Source of the DNA: a phage
Length of the DNA: 51,269 nt
Sequence record: PZ445518.1
Direction: 5' to 3' (one strand)
The position numbers and the translations under genes were made by a program. Positions 46,745 through 51,269 of this stretch are shown in pieces. The first letter of the stretch is position 1. Each line of letters opens with the position of its first letter. A model generated the notes under the pieces. The model saw nothing but the letters and a program-made list of their open reading frames with translations. It searched no databases and was not told the origin of the DNA.

Positions 46745-47335
46745 ATGAAACGAGACATTATCATCCTTAATGGGCCGCCAGGTTGCGGGAAGGACACTAT
46801 TGCAGCTTACCTAACGGGCCATCGTTACCCAGCGGTTAATGCGTCATTCAAACAGCCGATGTTCGATATTGCGTTTTCCATGCTTGGCACGACTCGATAT
46901 GATGAGTTTATTGACCTGTACAACGACCGAGAGCAAAAAGAAAAGCCTCAAGTTATCTTAGGCGGCAAGTCACCTCGACAATTCATGATCTGGATTAGCG
47001 AGGATGTAATGAAGCCAGTCTTTGGGGAGCAGTATTTCGGGCGTCGAATGGTTGAAGAGATTAACGAGATGTACCGAGATTTGGCGGTTGTGATCAGTGA
47101 TGGCGGATTCCACGAAGAAATCAAGCCGCTTGTTAAGGCAGGGCATGAAGTGCATATTTGCCGATTGCATCGCGACGGCTTCACGTTTGCTGGCGATTCG
47201 AGAGACTACATTGACCTGAGCGGTTATCACTATCGAATCCATCACTATGACTTCCACTTGCAGGACGGCAAGCCGGAACTGGCTGTAAACGAGATCGTCA
47301 ATGCTGTCAAATGGAAGCACACACAGATTAAATAG
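46745..47335 (+). CDS. deoxynucleoside monophosphate kinase-like P-loop kinase
   Basis: P-loop GPPGCGKDT and several collinear blocks resembling T4 gp1 dNMP kinase (recalled, not searched); stop TAG inside conserved element. Confidence 0.6.
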   Translation: MKRDIIILNGPPGCGKDTIAAYLTGHRYPAVNASFKQPMFDIAFSMLGTTRYDEFIDLYNDREQKEKPQVILGGKSPRQFMIWISEDVMKPVFGEQYFGRRMVEEINEMYRDLAVVISDGGFHEEIKPLVKAGHEVHICRLHRDGFTFAGDSRDYIDLSGYHYRIHHYDFHLQDGKPELAVNEIVNAVKWKHTQIK

Positions 47336-47375
47336 CACGAATTGCTAAACGCGGGGCGCAATGCCTCGCTATAAT
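47330..47375 (+). promoter_or_regulatory. conserved-element promoter cassette (variant element; -10 TATAAT)
   Basis: AAATAGCACGAATTGCTAAAC, 19 nt, TATAAT. Confidence 0.55.
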
Positions 47376-47405
47376 GCAAACACCAATCAACGAGAGGAAA
47401 CAATC

Positions 47406-47807
47406 ATGGTGGAGTTAAACGACATTCGCGTTGGAACAAAATTTCGCGTAACCTGGGCAGATAAATATTGTGGCGTTAGCAAGGGCCAGGTTGTTGCGGT
47501 GGATAGTATTTATCGTGGTGTTAGTGGTGACTTTCGCCGTCCGCGCATCAATAATGGCTATATCATTACTCGCCGTATTGGCTTTGATAATTATTGCGTA
47601 GTGGCGACTCAAGGAGTTTTGATTGAGCTTAAGAGAATCAGCGATCATCGCGGTCGTCATGTTAAGGCAATGAAAACACCATTTCAGCGAGCGAGATACG
47701 ATGCGCGACGTATGCGCCGACTTGCGCGAAATGCGATCAAGTTCAAAAAGCCTGGCGATGATTTTTACGGCATGTATAAGGGGATTGCGCGCAATGCTGG
47801 GAAATAA
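47406..47807 (+). CDS. hypothetical protein (basic)
   Basis: ATG 47406 after GAGAGGAAA, downstream of TATAAT of promoter cassette. Confidence 0.5.
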   Translation: MVELNDIRVGTKFRVTWADKYCGVSKGQVVAVDSIYRGVSGDFRRPRINNGYIITRRIGFDNYCVVATQGVLIELKRISDHRGRHVKAMKTPFQRARYDARRMRRLARNAIKFKKPGDDFYGMYKGIARNAGK

Positions 47808-47906
47808 CAATAACGCAACGAATCCTAAGACACCTTTTGATTTTCATTCCGCAATGATTGCGGTATTATCAATGCTACTTTTTCTTTATAGCATGAGGGC
47901 GCTACT

Positions 47907-48155
47907 ATGGTTTTTAACGCATTGAAACGACTGTTTAAGCCGGAATACCGGATCGTATTTTGCCGCGACTGTTCTACTTATCATGTGCAGCGACGCAGCT
48001 TAGGCGGCAATTGGCACTATGTTACAGACGACTTTTTCGGCATCATTGCCACTGAATTTAAGTATTACAGCGATGCTTATATGTACGTCAAGAAGCGCCA
48101 CCGCTTACGCAAGTGTCGTTTTTCCGTGCTGATTCACGTTAATGATTGTTACTGA
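47907..48155 (+). CDS. hypothetical protein (Cys-containing)
   Basis: 82-aa ORF. Confidence 0.4.
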   Translation: MVFNALKRLFKPEYRIVFCRDCSTYHVQRRSLGGNWHYVTDDFFGIIATEFKYYSDAYMYVKKRHRLRKCRFSVLIHVNDCY

Positions 48156-48162
48156 GGTGAAA

Positions 48163-48345
48163 ATGAAAACTGGTATTATTATTCTTTTCCTGATTCTTTT
48201 CGGCAGTCATTTAACCATTAACTATGAGGGCATTATGGCCTTTTGGGGCAACTTGATGATGTTTGCCGCTGGTTCAATTGCTGGCTACTCTGACGGGAAA
48301 AAGGATGGTGTGCGCAAGATGCTGATGGGGCTTAAACAAAAATAA
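48163..48345 (+). CDS. small membrane protein
   Basis: ATG 48163 after GAGGTGA; two hydrophobic segments. Confidence 0.4.
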   Translation: MKTGIIILFLILFGSHLTINYEGIMAFWGNLMMFAAGSIAGYSDGKKDGVRKMLMGLKQK

Positions 48346-48356
48346 GGGGATATGAA

Positions 48357-48647
48357 ATGGCAAACAAAACTTACCGCAAACTACTGGTTAACGCTTTTGA
48401 AAACATCGCGCAGTGTAACAAGTGGAACGACTCTAAACACTCGCCAATCACAATGAAGCGCGCCGGATTCAAAAATACTCGTTCATGGGCGCGAGCTTTC
48501 GCAGCTTGCTATATGCCGGATGGCGGACTAGGGGTGATGAACGATTTTTTGATCAACATGATAGAGGAAGCGGCGCGAGAGGATCGACCGCTGACACAGC
48601 GAGATTTTGACGGCTTCGCGCGCGATGAGCTTTACTATCTGAGTTAA
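48357..48647 (+). CDS. hypothetical protein
   Basis: 96-aa ORF; stop TAA immediately followed by TAG of conserved element. Confidence 0.5.
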   Translation: MANKTYRKLLVNAFENIAQCNKWNDSKHSPITMKRAGFKNTRSWARAFAACYMPDGGLGVMNDFLINMIEEAAREDRPLTQRDFDGFARDELYYLS

Positions 48648-48690
48648 TAGCACTTTTTGTTAAAACTTCCGCAAGGGCATTTGGTAAAGT
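48645..48690 (+). promoter_or_regulatory. conserved-element promoter cassette (-10 TAAAGT in hairpin loop)
   Basis: TAATAGCACTTTTTGTTAAAAC, stem AAGGGCA..TGCCCTT enclosing TAAAGT. Confidence 0.45.
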
Positions 48691-48722
48691 GCCCTTATTG
48701 AAGCGAAACAGAGGAAAGCGCA

Positions 48723-48935
48723 ATGAAAATCAAAATCACCAAAATCGACACTATCAACGGCGACGGATCAATCACTCTTGAGCAATGTGGCTTGGTTGTT
48801 GGTGATGTGCTGGAAGTTGACGGACATTTCAGCGACGGATCTTATTGTGTTATTGCGCCGCGCAACAGCGAGTTTATCAAGGCTGGCGACAATATTAGTG
48901 TTAACCATGACGAATGCGAGGTAGTAGAAGAATGA
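48723..48935 (+). CDS. hypothetical protein
   Basis: 70-aa ORF downstream of promoter cassette. Confidence 0.45.
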   Translation: MKIKITKIDTINGDGSITLEQCGLVVGDVLEVDGHFSDGSYCVIAPRNSEFIKAGDNISVNHDECEVVEE

Positions 48936-49165
48936 TCACGATTAACCTTTCAGAGAAGCAAGCATATCAAGTGATGCGCTACATTTCTGGCTTTGGTATG
49001 GAAGGCGCTATGGGTGAAGTTGCGGATCAGATTTGCCGTCAACTTACACCAGCACCAACGCGAGCGGCAGAAACTGCCGCATGGCGCAACGAGGCTGGAT
49101 ACATCCAGAAAGCTATTGAAGACTGGAAGCGCATAAACGAGACTATGGAGGAATCAGGTTTATGA
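48932..49165 (+). CDS. hypothetical protein
   Basis: ATG overlaps upstream stop (ATGA). Confidence 0.45.
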   Translation: MITINLSEKQAYQVMRYISGFGMEGAMGEVADQICRQLTPAPTRAAETAAWRNEAGYIQKAIEDWKRINETMEESGL

Positions 49166-49476
49166 TTTATATTCACTACTACCAAATCGGAACTAACGAG
49201 AACAAGAAAGAGCATCGTTTCATCCATGATGATTTGGACAAGGCAAAGGCACAGCAACAGGTTTTAGGCGGTGTCATTCAGGCTTTTGAGCCTGTAGAAG
49301 ATATTGAGTACCGCGAGCATTTAAAAGATGTTGTTATTGATGAGATCTCTTGCTTGATTGATGATATGACAAATCACGGCCCTGGTTCACCGTGGGAAGA
49401 TGCAGGATCTGTAACGTGGGATAAGGCCAAAGTTAAGACGCTAAACAACTTTCGAGAGATTCTCGACGGTTTTTAA
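49162..49476 (+). CDS. hypothetical protein
   Basis: 104-aa ORF, start overlaps upstream stop. Confidence 0.5.
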   Translation: MIYIHYYQIGTNENKKEHRFIHDDLDKAKAQQQVLGGVIQAFEPVEDIEYREHLKDVVIDEISCLIDDMTNHGPGSPWEDAGSVTWDKAKVKTLNNFREILDGF

Positions 49477-49537
49477 TTAAAAACGCATAGCCGTTAGAGC
49501 GCCTAAATCGCATTCTAACGAGCTATTTTTCTGGTAA

Positions 49538-49675
49538 GGTGATTTAATGGATGAGTACAAACAACCCTCGCAATGGTGCAAAGAGAAGCAGGAGGAAGCA
49601 CTTGAGCGCGGAGATGTAGAAGAAGCTATGAACTATTTCAAACTTGCGGAAGAATGGAAGGGGAGAGGATACTGA
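49538..49675 (+). CDS. small acidic protein (45 aa)
   Basis: ATG 49538; stop TGA overlaps ATG of next ORF; below ORF-track cutoff. Confidence 0.3.
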   Translation, partial: GDLMDEYKQPSQWCKEKQEEALERGDVEEAMNYFKLAEEWKGRGY

Positions 49676-49905
49676 TGTTCGGCATGAACGAGGCGCAATT
49701 CAACGCAGCTAAACGCCAGGCTAAAAAGTGCGGCGAGGCAATGAAAGCGGATGTGGAAAAGCGCGGGAAGTATGTTGATGAAGTAATGAAGGGAATCATT
49801 GCAGAACACTACCAGCCAATCGCGCCAATGTTGACGATCACTCAATTCATTTGGCTATGTGGTTACTTGCGCGGACGTTGGGGGAACGCTTTCGACAGGG
49901 AATGA
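49675..49905 (+). CDS. hypothetical protein
   Basis: Internal ATG of ORF 49654..49905 coupled to upstream stop. Confidence 0.45.
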   Translation: MFGMNEAQFNAAKRQAKKCGEAMKADVEKRGKYVDEVMKGIIAEHYQPIAPMLTITQFIWLCGYLRGRWGNAFDRE

Positions 49906-49934
49906 TTGACAACTCTTTCCTGATTGGTTAGCAT
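49906..49934 (+). promoter_or_regulatory. sigma70-type promoter
   Basis: TTGACA, 17-nt spacer, TAGCAT, directly after stop of 49675..49905. Confidence 0.45.
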
Positions 49935-50067
49935 GGCGTCGTTTACATAAGAGCGGCTTTGTCCGAACGCGTGACGCGATAGTCACACAACAACGGCGAT
50001 ATGCAGGAGGTTTTTGCAATGCAAAATAATCCGTAAGACGTATCGCCTTTTTTAATGGAGATCCAAA

Positions 50068-50301
50068 ATGATTAAATACAAATTAACCGTTTCTTTCCGT
50101 GATACCGTTATTCATCCTTTCTACAATAGCTTTGTTAACAGCTTTACAGTAGAAGCGACAAGTGATCAGCTTGACGGTGACGAAACTTGCATTTCTATCG
50201 GCAATGTTGCTTATCCGATTCACAACATTACCAGCATTAAGCGTGAGGTTGTCGCTGATGAATTACAAAGTGAAGATGACGATCCGGCGAATGGGGCGTA
50301 A
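50068..50301 (+). CDS. hypothetical protein (acidic C-terminus)
   Basis: 77-aa ORF after GGAG, downstream of promoter 49906-49934. Confidence 0.45.
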   Translation: MIKYKLTVSFRDTVIHPFYNSFVNSFTVEATSDQLDGDETCISIGNVAYPIHNITSIKREVVADELQSEDDDPANGA

Positions 50302-50439
50302 CTGCCAATCATGCAAACAGGAATATGAATGCGTAGTCGATGCTCTTGATGAACTGGAAGCAGTAGCAAAAGCAAAAGAGCAATCGGGCGCTAATCCTGA
50401 AACACATCAATTTTCAATTAATCTTGTGAGGGCTTTACA

Positions 50440-50664
50440 ATGATCGCATTATCTTTCTGCATTGGTTTTATCATGGCTATCATTATCTTTTCCGTTGTCA
50501 TGCGCTTTGCTTATAAGTTCGTGATTAATAAAGGTTGGTACGCTTCTGCCATCTGGAGCGAAAAACAAAAGAAATGGCTTGTACGTGGTCAATACCTGAT
50601 GATCGGCAGCAAGATCCTAAATTCCATTCGAGCCAAAGATGGAAAAGTAAAATATACAGCTTAA
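50440..50664 (+). CDS. small membrane protein
   Basis: N-terminal hydrophobic helix; followed by strong terminator. Confidence 0.45.
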   Translation: MIALSFCIGFIMAIIIFSVVMRFAYKFVINKGWYASAIWSEKQKKWLVRGQYLMIGSKILNSIRAKDGKVKYTA

Positions 50665-50692
50665 AAATTACCCGCCGCACGGCGGGTTTTTT
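50663..50692 (+). terminator. rho-independent terminator before terS
   Basis: ACCCGCCG cac GGCGGGT followed by TTTTTTATT. Confidence 0.7.
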
Positions 50693-50705
50693 ATTGCCAG
50701 TTGTT

Positions 50706-50714
50706 TGGTATAAT
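50706..50714 (+). promoter_or_regulatory. extended -10 promoter for terS-terL
   Basis: TGgTATAAT between terminator 50663-50692 and terS RBS. Confidence 0.45.
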
Positions 50715-50742
50715 CAGGCATCTAACCAAAGGAGGATTAACA

Positions 50743-51269
50743 ATGGCTAAAAACGTTGAGCCTGCTGTAAAGGCATTAAATTTCAAAGAGTTATATAATA
50801 AAACTTATGGCGATATTGTCACGCTAAACAACCGCCACAAGTACACGCCGGAACAGGTTTTTGATATGGCGATCCGCTATTTCACTTGGGCAGAAGAGAA
50901 TCACATCCAGGCGGCTGAAACTGCTTCCTTTCAGGGTGACGTGTACGAGAGCAGAGTTTACAAGCCTCGCGTTTTCACGGTTAACGGATTCAGCTTGTAT
51001 CTCGGCGTGACTGAGGCTGCCGTAAGCAAATGGCGTAAAGAGCCTGGATTCTGCGATGTGATGGAGTTTGTTGATAAAGTAATTTACGAGCAAAAATTCC
51101 AGCTTGCGGCAAATAACATGATTAATGCTGGATTTATCGGTAAAGAGATCGGCGTAGAGAAGCCAGCAACAGTGAGCGTTGAAGCTAGCGCGGCAGCTAA
51201 TGCAAGCATTGACGCAGTAACTGCCGATGAGGTGAAAGAGGCTGTTATTGATATTCTGGAGCAACTTTA
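50743..51269 (+). CDS. terS: terminase small subunit (runs to window edge; stop completed by base 1)
   Basis: RBS AAAGGAGG; HTH-like TVNGFSLYLGVTEAAVSKWRK; directly upstream of terL across the window junction. Confidence 0.7.
   Translation, partial: MAKNVEPAVKALNFKELYNKTYGDIVTLNNRHKYTPEQVFDMAIRYFTWAEENHIQAAETASFQGDVYESRVYKPRVFTVNGFSLYLGVTEAAVSKWRKEPGFCDVMEFVDKVIYEQKFQLAANNMINAGFIGKEIGVEKPATVSVEASAAANASIDAVTADEVKEAVIDILEQL

Noticed and set aside
50824-51264. 146-aa minus-strand ORF at the window end
   Set aside because: Fully antisense to the terS gene, which has a strong RBS, promoter and HTH motif.

Overview
The window reads as one unit-length genome of a virulent T1-like (Drexlerviridae-type) siphovirus, probably of an enterobacterial host. 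Family assignment is by gene content, synteny and motif recall only; no search was run. Layout: terL, portal, head and tail morphogenesis genes on + (1-19476), ending in a lambda J-like central fiber; a 3-gene lipoprotein (Cor-like) cassette on - (19503-20673); a recombination module on + (exonuclease, Erf-like annealing protein, SSB; 21169-23710); tail fibers, primase and an HTH protein on - (23743-28231); helicase, VRR-NUC nuclease, Dam methylase, metallophosphoesterase and a lysis cassette (holin, SAR endolysin, u-spanin) on + (28319-34744); small early genes on - (34759-41361) and on + (42038-50664); terS at the 3' edge. The terS frame is closed by base 1 (ta + a = TAA overlapping the terL ATG), so the window appears to be a complete genome linearised at terL. 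No integrase, repressor, tRNA or CRISPR array was seen. The most notable signal is regulatory: at least 18 copies of a 22-bp element (AAATAGCACTTTTTGTTAAAAC) that usually contains the stop codon of the upstream gene and is followed at fixed spacing by a hairpin, a -10-like hexamer and a conserved leader box. Other candidates are a GC-rich structured leader feeding a protein with three tandem ~95-aa repeats, two AT-rich control regions sharing repeat vocabulary, a programmed -1 frameshift in the tail chaperone, and a short C5-methyltransferase-like protein alongside Dam. Coordinates of regulatory elements are accurate to a few bases; products are inferred from motifs read by eye.
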